Counted from the stretch's first letter, positions 11,564-20,185 are shown. The stretch: DNA of 64,000 bases from an uncultured Clostridium sp. (GCA_947073285.1 CAMTJT010000004.1:7525-71524); one strand, 5' to 3'. Numbers and translations are program-made. Notes: a model not told the origin generated them from the letters alone.

Positions 11564-12767
11564 TTTCTTTTGTACCTCCTTCTTCTTTTGTGTTTTTTCT
11601 TGGTCTGCCTCTACGTTTTGCTGTATCTTGGTTTACTTTGTTAATTGCTCTTTCTGCAATTTCTTCACCAACAATGTGTTTATTTTGCTCTAATATTGCT
11701 TTTGCTAGTTGGTCAATTAAGTCTGCTTTTTGTGCTTGTTTTTTCTCTATTGCTTTTTGTTTGTCTGATTTTGCTTCTATTACTTTTTGGTTTGCTTTTT
11801 CGAATGCTTCTTTTTCTATTTGATTATCTATTGCTGTCATTTTTTTGTCTAGTACATCTGGTGCTGTTGAATATAATTCATCATAACCTGCTTGAATTGC
11901 TTTATCTACCCCATAAATTTCAGCATTATCACGGTTGTATGCTACATATAGTAAGTCTACTAATGAGTTAGAATCTAGCACTCTACCATTTACACCACAT
12001 ACAGATAATGTTCTTATAATAGATTGTGCCCTTGTATATAATTCTGAAAAAGCTAAGTTTCTAATTTCTTGTTTGTCAAAGTTGTTTTCACCAAGTTCTT
12101 CTGGATAATATGGAATAACTACATAGTATTTTTGATTTAATACATTTTTATTTAAACTCATTCTTTCTGTAGTGTAGATAATATCTTTTCCATATTCATA
12201 TAAGTTCATTGTTTTGGTTAGTTCATAAAATGCTGCATTTAGTTGCTCTTCTGTGTATCTTCCTGAATTTAGCATTTCATTGTATTTTCTTTGTTCTCTT
12301 TCTAGTTCTTGTTCGATTTCTTGTATTTTGTTACGATAAGTATGAATACTGCTTTCTAAGTTAATGGTTCTTGTTTGTGTATAAATTTGAATAGGATGCC
12401 TTAGGGTATTTAAGAATTGAATGAATCCTTCTTCTACTGCATTTTTTTCTAGTTCTGACATTAAGTCATAGTTAACACCTTGGCATTCTACTACCATGAC
12501 ATATTTTGCACCATTTTTAGTACATATCATGTTATCTTCAATTTTATCAAATTCCATAAAATCAAATACTGATTCTACTGAGTATGATTTTGGTGCTTTT
12601 TTGTCTTTTCCGTTACCTACTGTAGCTGTGTTTGTTGTTTCTGTTTTATTTTTTGATTTAAAATATAAGATACAAAGAACACCTAATAAAACAAACATTA
12701 TCATTACGATAACTCCAATTAGTATGGTTATTAAATCAATCATTTTTTTTGCCCTCCTTGTATACAT
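11520..12767 (-). CDS. TM-anchored conjugation protein with a VirB4-N-terminal-like region, coiled coil and K/E-rich tail
   Basis: 415-aa ORF with an N-terminal TM helix (ITILIGVIVMIMFVLLGVLCILYF). The segment ICTKNGAKYVMVVECQGVNYDLMSELEKNAVEEGFIQFLNTLRHPIQIY resembles the non-ATPase N-domain of VirB4 proteins. No Walker motifs. Overlaps the VirB4 start by 44 nt. Confidence 0.6.
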   Translation of the reverse strand: MYTRRAKKMIDLITILIGVIVMIMFVLLGVLCILYFKSKNKTETTNTATVGNGKDKKAPKSYSVESVFDFMEFDKIEDNMICTKNGAKYVMVVECQGVNYDLMSELEKNAVEEGFIQFLNTLRHPIQIYTQTRTINLESSIHTYRNKIQEIEQELEREQRKYNEMLNSGRYTEEQLNAAFYELTKTMNLYEYGKDIIYTTERMSLNKNVLNQKYYVVIPYYPEELGENNFDKQEIRNLAFSELYTRAQSIIRTLSVCGVNGRVLDSNSLVDLLYVAYNRDNAEIYGVDKAIQAGYDELYSTAPDVLDKKMTAIDNQIEKEAFEKANQKVIEAKSDKQKAIEKKQAQKADLIDQLAKAILEQNKHIVGEEIAERAINKVNQDTAKRRGRPRKNTKEEGGTKENEQEKQNERSRVTA

Positions 12768-13080
12768 ATATTTTCTTTCCTGCTGTTTTGAATTTTATAG
12801 CTCTTTTGATAATATCATCTATATTTTCTCCACCAGTTTTTTTGGTAAATTCTAATTTGCCTAGCTCTGGAACTTTTAAAGTACCTATGGCAAACCCTAT
12901 TAATGCTAAGGCTGCTACACAGATAATTCCTACCATTGTTAAATTTAACGCTGAAAAGATAAAGTAAAAGATAAGACCTATTCCACCTGCTACCATAGTA
13001 TAAATAATACTTTTTGCTGTGAAGATAAATAGTATTCTACCTTCTCCTTTTACATTTCTGGGTAATTCATATGTGCCCAT
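12736..13080 (-). CDS. PrgI-family (VirB3-like) small membrane protein
   Basis: 114-aa ORF. N-terminal YELPRNVKGEGRILFIFTAKSIIY followed by two TM helices. Position immediately upstream of the VirB4 region. Confidence 0.65.
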   Translation of the reverse strand: MGTYELPRNVKGEGRILFIFTAKSIIYTMVAGGIGLIFYFIFSALNLTMVGIICVAALALIGFAIGTLKVPELGKLEFTKKTGGENIDDIIKRAIKFKTAGKKIYVYKEGKKND

Positions 13081-13174
13081 TTTACGTTTTCCTCCTTTGT
13101 TTGGTTAGTTTTGTAACATCTAGTTATACTTAAATATTATTATAGCAAAAAACATCGAAAATTGTAACCCAAAA

Positions 13175-13205
13175 TGCAAAAAAAGTGCATAAAAATGCAC
13201 TTTTT
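13175..13205 (-). terminator. Rho-independent terminator/attenuator after the pilin genes
   Basis: Stem AGTGCAT (13184-13190) / ATGCACT (13195-13201), flanked by a 7-A run on the plus strand, which is a U-run on the minus transcript. Confidence 0.6.
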
Positions 13206-13242
13206 AATCTATTTGTAATATACCTGTAATATGTTTGTAATA

Positions 13243-13623
13243 TTACTCTCCTGTTCCACCAAGTGATGCAAGTTGTACTACTACTGTAGTAATTGCTGAT
13301 GCACCAAATATTAAAACAGCACCTACTAAGTATGGTATCATGGTTTTTTTGTATTCTGCTTTTTCTGAAGCACTACCCATCATATATTTAATACCTAGTA
13401 CTAATAGAATTATAACTGATACAACAACACCTACTGTTGTGATAATACCAATGATTTGGTTACCAATATTAACAACTTGCTCTTGTGCATCACTTGCAGT
13501 TCCTTTTAAGCTGTTTGCAATTTCTCCTGGATTAACATCAACTGCTGCACACATTGGCATCATTACCATTACTAGCATCATAGCTACTAACATAATTCCA
13601 AGTATTTTTGTTGCTTTTTTCAT
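13243..13623 (-). CDS. VirB2/TrbC-like pilin-type protein, paralogue 3
   Basis: 126 aa with a signal peptide and two C-terminal TM helices. Shared motif GIKYMMGSASEKAEYKKTMIPYLVGAVLIFGASAI. Confidence 0.7.
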   Translation of the reverse strand: MKKATKILGIMLVAMMLVMVMMPMCAAVDVNPGEIANSLKGTASDAQEQVVNIGNQIIGIITTVGVVVSVIILLVLGIKYMMGSASEKAEYKKTMIPYLVGAVLIFGASAITTVVVQLASLGGTGE

Positions 13624-13691
13624 TTTGTATCCTCCTTTATTTTTTGTTTATTTTAGAATGTTTCAGGTTTGAAACAATTTTAAAAACATAT

Positions 13692-14075
13692 TTATCTTAA
13701 TATAACAATAACTAATCTCCAAATACCAAATGCTCCAAATATAACTACACAGCCAATAACAAATGGTATTAAAGATTCTTTGACTTTTACTTTTTGTTCT
13801 ACACTACCTGTAATAAATTGTATTCCTAGTACTACTGCTATAATAACTGCTATACATGTTCCAAGAATGAGTAAGGTGTTATAGACTAAATCTGATGCAT
13901 TGTTTAATGCTTCCATATCTAGTGTGTTATCTGCATCTGCTTTACCTTTGTTAACAAAATCATCTGCTCCTCCAAAAATATTACTAAGGCTTGTAGCTTG
14001 TACTATATTATGCGGAAACAGAAACATACATAACAAAATAGTAATTAATAGTGTGATTGTTACTTTTTTTATCAT
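13692..14075 (-). CDS. VirB2/TrbC-like pilin-type protein, paralogue 2 (most divergent)
   Basis: 127 aa with a signal peptide. Motif GIQFITGSVEQKVKVKESLIPFVIGCVVIFGAFGI aligns with the other two copies. Confidence 0.65.
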   Translation of the reverse strand: MIKKVTITLLITILLCMFLFPHNIVQATSLSNIFGGADDFVNKGKADADNTLDMEALNNASDLVYNTLLILGTCIAVIIAVVLGIQFITGSVEQKVKVKESLIPFVIGCVVIFGAFGIWRLVIVILR

Positions 14076-14278
14076 AATTCGACTTTTCCTTTTCTATTCT
14101 ATTATACTATAGGTTTGGTAAGTTTGCAATTACCTTTTGAAAATTTGTTTATTTTATTGTTACTAAATAATAACTTTTTTTATCACCATTACTGAATATA
14201 TTAAAAATGGCATTACTTTTTAGTTAATATAAACCTTCAAAAATTAAGAGTATATTTAATTATAAGTAATAATATTTT

Positions 14279-14704
14279 TTAGTTAAGTCCGCTTTCTTGT
14301 ACAATACTTGCAATAATATTTACAATGATAGAGGCTGAAAATAGTAAGAATGCTCCTATAATATAAGGTAACATACTTTTTTTGTATTCTGCTTTTTCTG
14401 AAACACTGCCAAGCATATATTTAATACCTAAAATTAATAGTGTAAGTGCTGATGCTACTACTCCCACAGTAACAATAATTCCAACAATATTGCCTGCTTT
14501 TTGGGTAATTAATTCTGAATCTGCATCTGTTATACCACCTGGCTTATAGGAATTTGGATTATCAATTGGACTTGTTCCTGTATCCACATGACCTCCACCA
14601 CCGCCAGGTCCAGCTGGTACTAATTGAGCTTGTGCCAATGGAGTTAATTGTAATAAAAATAGCAGTGCTATTAAAATAATAGTTATATTTTTTTTTATTT
14701 TCAT
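14279..14704 (-). CDS. VirB2/TrbC-like pilin-type protein, paralogue 1
   Basis: 141 aa. Signal peptide ending PLAQA, a G5 tract, and motif GIKYMLGSVSEKAEYKKSMLPYIIGAFLLFSASII. Confidence 0.7.
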   Translation of the reverse strand: MKIKKNITIILIALLFLLQLTPLAQAQLVPAGPGGGGGHVDTGTSPIDNPNSYKPGGITDADSELITQKAGNIVGIIVTVGVVASALTLLILGIKYMLGSVSEKAEYKKSMLPYIIGAFLLFSASIIVNIIASIVQESGLN

Positions 14705-14715
14705 GTTTGTTTTCT

Positions 14716-14737
14716 GGTATTATAAATTTATAATACC
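14716..14737. promoter_or_regulatory. Perfect 22-bp palindrome in the leader of the first pilin gene (operator or RNA hairpin)
   Basis: GGTATTATAAATTTATAATACC lies between a GGAG (about 40 nt upstream of the ATG) and the start codon at 14704. Confidence 0.3.
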
Positions 14738-14875
14738 ATTTCTCCTTTCTAGCTTTTTGCCTTATAGTCCTATCTTGTTTGTATCATAGCATATATTTTT
14801 GTATTTTTCTATTCTTTCTTTAAAATGTCATATAAATGTTATGCTTTTGTAATATTTATGTAATACAAGTACAAT

Positions 14876-14921
14876 AAAAAGAGGAAGAGAAAGAACTATA
14901 ACTAATAAGTTCCTTCCTTCC
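14876..14921 (-). terminator. Probable terminator of the GC-rich membrane gene
   Basis: Imperfect stem GGAAGAGAAAGAAC / GTTCCTTCCTTCC, followed on the minus strand by a U-run. Confidence 0.45.
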
Positions 14922-14935
14922 CCTGCAATAAGATT

Positions 14936-15280
14936 TTAGCCAAATTTTTTTGTATTATAAAGAAGTACTACCTGATACCCTATTCTTACTATCAGCTGTG
15001 ACAACAAGTTTCCAAATCTTACCACACCAAAGATCCAGTTTTTAAAGAATACCAAAATAAACAGCACAGCCATTGCACTTACAATGAGCTTGCTCCCCTC
15101 CCAAATGCTGTTTTTCACGCAGAAGATGTGCAGTAGGTAAGGAAGTGCCTGAATGGCCGCCCACAGCAGTAAGCTGAACAATCCTGGTGCTCGATGAAAC
15201 CATATCAGGCTGGTAATCAGCTCTATCAGCCACGCCAGCCCTGTCCAGAACAAGAAAGTAGGTACAGTCTTTTTTCTCAT
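14936..15280 (-). CDS. Small 4-TM membrane protein of unknown function, compositionally foreign (GC-rich)
   Basis: ORF 14936..15346. The best start is ATG 15280 (GGAGG 8 nt upstream), giving MRKKTVPTFLFWTGLAWLIELITSLIW.... 15040-15300 is visibly far more GC-rich than its flanks. Confidence 0.6.
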   Translation of the reverse strand: MRKKTVPTFLFWTGLAWLIELITSLIWFHRAPGLFSLLLWAAIQALPYLLHIFCVKNSIWEGSKLIVSAMAVLFILVFFKNWIFGVVRFGNLLSQLIVRIGYQVVLLYNTKKFG

Positions 15281-15516
15281 TGCTTTTTCCTCCATTTTTT
15301 TGTTGTAGTGTGTGTACAGGTCTATCCTAAAAGGAAGGAAATACATCCTTCACTATTTAGCAAAAAGGATTTCTAAAAAGTACTTACATACTTTTATTGT
15401 AGCATATCTTTACATAATATTCAACCTTTTTACCTACATAAATTTTACACTAATTTCTCTTCTTAAATAGCTATTACATTATAATTTAAGAAGAATTATC
15501 TTAATAGAATTTATAT

Positions 15517-15708
15517 TTATGCCTCACTTGTCACTAGTGTACCTCTGGCATTTTTAGTTCTATTTCCTAAGTTCATCTGTGTACTATAATATTGGGCAAT
15601 TAGCTGATCTAATTCCACACTAATTTGATATGTAATACTATAATCATTTCCATTAATAATACTTTCATTTAATTTTTCTCTTAATTTACAAATTTCATCA
15701 TTTAACAT
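15517..15708 (-). CDS. Spo0E-like sporulation regulatory (aspartyl-phosphate phosphatase family) protein
   Basis: 63 aa. EICKLREKLNESIINGNDYSITYQISVELDQLIAQYY matches the Spo0E helix-hairpin pattern (S.eLD.LI..Y). Confidence 0.7.
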   Translation of the reverse strand: MLNDEICKLREKLNESIINGNDYSITYQISVELDQLIAQYYSTQMNLGNRTKNARGTLVTSEA

Positions 15709-16085
15709 ATTGGTTCACTCTCCTTTTTCTCTTTTTTCTCTTTTGTATATATTTAAAATACCATATTTTTACAAAGTAGTCAATCTATTTTTTGCTATTT
15801 TGTAGTATTTTGCCAGTTTTTCGTATGACTTTTTTTACTATTTTTTGACATATTTCTACATTTTCCTTTCTTTTTCGTTGTTTCCTCGCTTTTTCTTGTA
15901 TAATTAGGCTTTTTTAGCAAAGTTTTATTTTACCTTTTAACTTTAAAATTAAGTTTGTTGTTTTATAATTATTTAACTATTTTGTTCTTTCACCACATAA
16001 TGGCAAAATCTGCGATTTTTTTCCTATACAATAAGAAACCTAACCTTGTTGTATAGCAAAAATCTGTGATTTTTGCTATACAATA

Positions 16086-16133
16086 AAAAGTGAAAGCTTT
16101 CTCTTTATTAGAGTTTAAACTTTCACTTTTTTT
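16086..16133 (-). terminator. Rho-independent terminator downstream of the M16 peptidase pair
   Basis: Perfect 11-bp stem AAAAGTGAAAG (16086-16096) / CTTTCACTTTT (16120-16130) with flanking A/T runs. Confidence 0.7.
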
Positions 16134-16178
16134 CATTTCCATATATTTAATTTTTATTAAGATAGTAGTATTTCATTT

Positions 16179-17453
16179 TTAATTTGGTTCTATAATAGAT
16201 ATTACTTTATTTTCTTCTTTAAATATATTTTGTAACACGTTTTGAGTATATTCTTTTGTGACTGTTTCAAATTGTTCTATATAATCAAAACTTTGAACAC
16301 CTTTCATTGTATCTGCTAAAAACATTCTAGCAATATCCCCTACACTGTTATATTCTACTACATAATCTCCATAGATTTTTCTTCTATTACGTTCAAATTG
16401 TTCACTATCTAATCCCTCTTTTTTCATTTGCTCTATTGTTTGCATTATTCCTTGTTCTATTTTGTGAGGGTCCTTAGAGGTTCCAGATATTAAAATATGT
16501 GCATATTGTTCATTAAATTCATAGTCAAAGCTTGGTTCTGAAAGTAACATTCCTTCTTGATAACATTTTTGATATAGTTTTGAACTTTTCCCTATTATCA
16601 TATTTAATAAGATTTCTACTGCTATATGTTTTTTTACTTTTTCTTCTTTACAGTTTTCTATATCTTTATATCCCATCATAAAAATTGGTGTACTTACTTC
16701 CATTTTGTCTGTTTTTAATGTTTTATTAATTTTCTCTTCTTTTGGTGGATATATTCTTTTAATTTCTCCTTGATTTTCTTTTGGTATTAGTCTTTTTTTG
16801 ATTTCTTCTAGTATTCTTTCTGGTTCAAAGTCTCCACATGCTACTAATACCATATTTGATGGATGATAAAAAGTGTTATAGCATTTATATAATACATCTG
16901 GTGTGATTTTGCTAATGGATTCTACTGTTCCTGCAATGTCTATTTTGATTGGGTTTTCTTTGTATAAGCAATCCATGGCATTTATATAAAGTCTCCATCC
17001 TGGGTCATCATCATACATTCCTATTTCTTGCCCTATAATTCCTTTTTCTTTTTCTACATTTTCTTGTGTAAAGTATGGATGTTGTACATAATCCATTAGT
17101 TCATTTAGACCTTCTTCAAAATGATTTGTACATTCAAAAAGATAAGCTGTATGGTCATTTGTGGTGTAGGCATTGGCATCTATTCCTAATGCCATCAAAG
17201 TATCTAGACTATTTGTTCCATTTGGTTGTTCAAACATTTTATGTTCTAAGAAGTGAGCTACTCCATCTGGAATATATACTTCTTCTCCTGTTTGTGGCAT
17301 AATAAAGTGATTGTCTATTGAGCCAAAATGAGTTCCCCATATGATGTATTTTTTCTTAGTGTTTTTCTTTGGGATTATCATTACTTTTAACCCATTTTCA
17401 AGTTCTTCTACATAAGCTTTTTCTTTTATTTTTGAACTTTCTATTATTTTCAT
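16179..17453 (-). CDS. M16 (pitrilysin/insulinase) family zinc peptidase, catalytic subunit type
   Basis: 424 aa with the HxxEH zinc motif in GVAHFLEHKMFEQ. Confidence 0.85.
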   Translation of the reverse strand: MKIIESSKIKEKAYVEELENGLKVMIIPKKNTKKKYIIWGTHFGSIDNHFIMPQTGEEVYIPDGVAHFLEHKMFEQPNGTNSLDTLMALGIDANAYTTNDHTAYLFECTNHFEEGLNELMDYVQHPYFTQENVEKEKGIIGQEIGMYDDDPGWRLYINAMDCLYKENPIKIDIAGTVESISKITPDVLYKCYNTFYHPSNMVLVACGDFEPERILEEIKKRLIPKENQGEIKRIYPPKEEKINKTLKTDKMEVSTPIFMMGYKDIENCKEEKVKKHIAVEILLNMIIGKSSKLYQKCYQEGMLLSEPSFDYEFNEQYAHILISGTSKDPHKIEQGIMQTIEQMKKEGLDSEQFERNRRKIYGDYVVEYNSVGDIARMFLADTMKGVQSFDYIEQFETVTKEYTQNVLQNIFKEENKVISIIEPN

Positions 17454-17630
17454 GTTCTTTTTCCCTTCTATTTTGTTTTTAGAATTTTAACTTTTCTAAG
17501 ATATTTTTATCTTTATACTATGTTCGTAAACTAATAGTTACTAATGTTATTGGTTTATAGAACTCACATTTTCTAATTATTTAATTGAGTTTATATTTTA
17601 TGCAATTTGTGTATAAATCAATATTAATTA

Positions 17631-18905
17631 TTAGTCTTTTAAAAAGTAAATAGTATTTACTTTTACGGTTTTTGCTAAATCTATAATTTGCTCTTTGCTT
17701 ACTTGTTTTATTTTGTTTTTATATTCTTCAATACTAACAAATCTATCTGCTAGTTCTTGCCCATAATAGTAGGTAATTTCTGTATCTTGTTCTTCTGTAA
17801 TGCCTTCTACTGATGCTAATATTAGTTCTTTGCTATTTGCTAAGTCTTCTTGGGTGAAATCTCCTTTTTTCATGTCTTCTAATTGTTGTTTAATAGTTTC
17901 TACTGCTTTGTCATATTTTTGTATTTCAATTCCGCAACGAATAAAGATTGTGTTTTTAGTTCTATTATATCCTGAATTCGCAGTGTAAGCTAAGCTTTGT
18001 TTTTCACGTACATTTTGGAATAATTTTGAGTTTGCTCCTCCCCCTAAGATTGCATTATATACTGAGGCAATAAATCTAGAGTTTTCTGCTGTGCATTGTA
18101 TGTCTAAGCCCATTACTAATTTTCCTTGTGTTACTTGCATGCTTTCGCTAATTTGCTTTTCTTCTTTTTCTTCTTTGTTTTCTGTTGCTTCATTATTGAT
18201 AATATATTCTGGATTTCTAGCTGAAAGTTTTTGTACTTGCTCATTTTGTTCTACTAGTTGTTTTAAATTATAGTTTTTAGTTTCTCCTGAACAAAAGATG
18301 TCTATTTTGCAGTTTTTGATTAGGTTTTGGTAGTATTCATATAGGCTTTGTGGCGTGATAGTTTCTAAGTCTTCTATATAACCATATTTATATAGTCCAT
18401 ATGGTTTGTCTTTGAACATTTCTTCTATACATCTATCATAGCTATATTTGTTTTTGTTGTCGATTTTAGCTTCTATGATTTGTTTTAAGTTGCTTTTTTC
18501 GCCTTCTACATATTCTGGTTTAAAGCTATTGTTTTCTAAGAGTGGATTTAGTACTATGTCTAATAAGATTTCTAAGCTTTCTTGTACTAGTTTTTCTGGT
18601 TTTGGCAAGTATTCTTCGTTTAAGGTTTCTAAATAGAATTTGATTATATGATTATCTCCTGTTTTTTCTACTCCACAATCAAAGCTTGCTCCATACATCA
18701 TTTCTAGCTTTTGACTAATTTGTTCTTGTGATGGCAATTTTTTTGTTCCTCTTCTTAATACTGCTGTTAAAAGTGCATTTAAGGTAACATTTTGCCTTTT
18801 TAGCGGTGTTGCTATAAACACAGCATATAAATTTGTTTTATAGTTTTCTGTATGAATTTGATGTAGTGTAATTCCTTGCTTTATTTCTTCTTTTTGATAA
18901 TTCAT
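17631..18905 (-). CDS. M16 family peptidase-like protein, non-catalytic partner type (no HxxEH)
   Basis: 424 aa of the same length and architecture as its neighbour. The zinc motif position reads LLTAVLRRGTKK. Paired arrangement as in ymfF/ymfH-type loci. Confidence 0.75.
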   Translation of the reverse strand: MNYQKEEIKQGITLHQIHTENYKTNLYAVFIATPLKRQNVTLNALLTAVLRRGTKKLPSQEQISQKLEMMYGASFDCGVEKTGDNHIIKFYLETLNEEYLPKPEKLVQESLEILLDIVLNPLLENNSFKPEYVEGEKSNLKQIIEAKIDNKNKYSYDRCIEEMFKDKPYGLYKYGYIEDLETITPQSLYEYYQNLIKNCKIDIFCSGETKNYNLKQLVEQNEQVQKLSARNPEYIINNEATENKEEKEEKQISESMQVTQGKLVMGLDIQCTAENSRFIASVYNAILGGGANSKLFQNVREKQSLAYTANSGYNRTKNTIFIRCGIEIQKYDKAVETIKQQLEDMKKGDFTQEDLANSKELILASVEGITEEQDTEITYYYGQELADRFVSIEEYKNKIKQVSKEQIIDLAKTVKVNTIYFLKD

Positions 18906-18968
18906 GTTTTTTCTTCGTATAATGTATTTTTTATTATACGAATCTCCTTTCTTTTATTTGCTTTTTAG

Positions 18969-19052
18969 TTAATGATAAGTTATGTATGGTAATTGTTTTA
19001 TTTGTTTCTTGATTAATGCTAAGTTATGTATGATAACTGTTTTATTTGTTTT
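18969..19052. repeat. Tandem direct repeat, 2 copies, 44-nt period
   Basis: TTAATGATAAGTTATGTATGGTAATTGTTTTATTTGTTT (from 18969) versus TTAATGCTAAGTTATGTATGATAACTGTTTTATTTGTTT (from 19013). Lies in the leader/promoter region of the M16 operon. Confidence 0.7.
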
Positions 19053-19328
19053 GTTACTTATTGTTGTTATTATATCCTATTTAAGAAAGTTTATACAATA
19101 GGTTTTGGTCATTTTAATTTCAAATTTATATTTCTTATTCTATTGTAAAAGCACCAACGTTTGAGTTGATGCCTTATTTTTAATAACATTTAGCTTTTTA
19201 CAGCCTTTATTTTTCCATTTTTATTGTATATTCATTTTTATAAGTTTGTATTCCATCTTGTGATACAGATTTGAAATAAATGTAGTGTTTTTAATCAATC
19301 TCGTAATATCTATCATATCAAGCTTTAG

Positions 19329-19360
19329 AAAAGGGCTTATTTTGTAAATAATCCCTTCTT
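19329..19360 (-). terminator. Terminator after yqeY
   Basis: Stem AAGGGCTTATTT / AAATAATCCCTT (one mismatch) directly after the stop at 19364, with a U-run on the minus strand. Confidence 0.55.
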
Positions 19361-19363
19361 TTT

Positions 19364-19804
19364 CTAACTTAATAATTGTTTTGCTATTTCATTGATTGTT
19401 TTTCCGTCTGCTGATGCTCCTAGCTTTTCTTTTGCAGTTTTCATAACTAGCCCTATTTCTTTCATAGTGCTTACATTTAATTCTTGTATGATTTGTTTTA
19501 GTTTTTCTTCTATTTCTTCTTTTGATAGTTGTTCTGGCAAATATTCTTCTAATATTTTAATTTCTTCTTTTATTTGATTGATTAAGTCCTCTCTACCACT
19601 TTTTTCATAGTCTGGTATGGAGTCTCTTCTTTTTTTAGTTTCTTTTGCGATAATTTCCACAATTTGTTCATCTGTTACTTGTATTTGTTTGTCTTTTTCT
19701 ACTTGCAATATGGCTGCTCTTACCATTTGCACCACATTTTTACGAAGGTCATTTTTTTCTTTCATTGCATTTTTTAAGTCTTCTAATAATTTTTCTTTTA
19801 GCAT
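19364..19804 (-). CDS. yqeY: GatB/YqeY domain protein
   Basis: MLKEKLLEDLKNAMKEKNDLRKNVVQMVRAAILQVEKDK... is typical of the family. Start ATG 19804 has GGAGG 6 nt upstream (the longer track ORF starts at 19834). Classic rpsU-yqeY linkage. Confidence 0.8.
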   Translation of the reverse strand: MLKEKLLEDLKNAMKEKNDLRKNVVQMVRAAILQVEKDKQIQVTDEQIVEIIAKETKKRRDSIPDYEKSGREDLINQIKEEIKILEEYLPEQLSKEEIEEKLKQIIQELNVSTMKEIGLVMKTAKEKLGASADGKTINEIAKQLLS

Positions 19805-19925
19805 AATTTTCCTCCTTATTTTTATTTGTTGCATTTATTGCAACAGTATTAGCTTATCGTTTAATCTTATCATTCAAAAAAGGAATTAAAAATTATTGGT
19901 GTTATAACTTTTAATCCCTCCATTT

Positions 19926-20096
19926 TTAAAATTTTCTTTTTCTTGCTGCCTCTGATTTTTTCTTTCTTTTTACGCTTGGCTTTTCATAATGCTCTCTTTT
20001 TCTAACCTCTTGTAATACTCCATTTCTAGCGCATTGTCTTTTAAATCTTTTTAAGGCATCTTCTATATTTCCATTATTAACTTTTACTTCTGGCAT
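19926..20096 (-). CDS. rpsU: 30S ribosomal protein S21
   Basis: 56-aa ORF, below the track cut-off. Hand translation gives [56 protein letters not shown]. Confidence 0.9.
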   Translation of the reverse strand: MPEVKVNNGNIEDALKRFKRQCARNGVLQEVRKREHYEKPSVKRKKKSEAARKRKF

Positions 20097-20185
20097 ATTT
20101 TGTTTCCCCTCCCTTCAGTAATTACACTCTTACGTGTGGGATTTTACTTTCGGAGCTTTTTTAATTTCTTCTCCGTACGTTTTTT

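Larger units (their letters stand above)
1..14704 (-). mobile_element. Partial conjugative element (Gram-positive type IV secretion / mating-pore module); continues beyond the left edge
   Basis: Co-directional block of VirB2-like x3, PrgI/VirB3-like, VirB4 ATPase, VirB6-like polytopic protein, peptidoglycan hydrolase and TM-anchored accessory ORFs. No relaxase, coupling protein or integrase is visible in the window. Confidence 0.7.

Noticed and set aside
15042-15233. 63-aa minus-strand ORF overlapping the GC-rich membrane gene in another frame
   Set aside because: It is an alternative frame of the same GC-rich segment with no SD. The longer frame gives coherent TM helices.
15845-15870. Shared word TTGACAnnTTTCTACATTTT at 15845 and 35365, and similar T-rich intergenic text at 23.1-23.5 kb and 31.1-31.4 kb, considered as a dispersed repeat family
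   Set aside because: The similarity is limited to promoter-like -35/UP-element words on the transcribed strand of minus-strand genes. There is no extended alignable unit.
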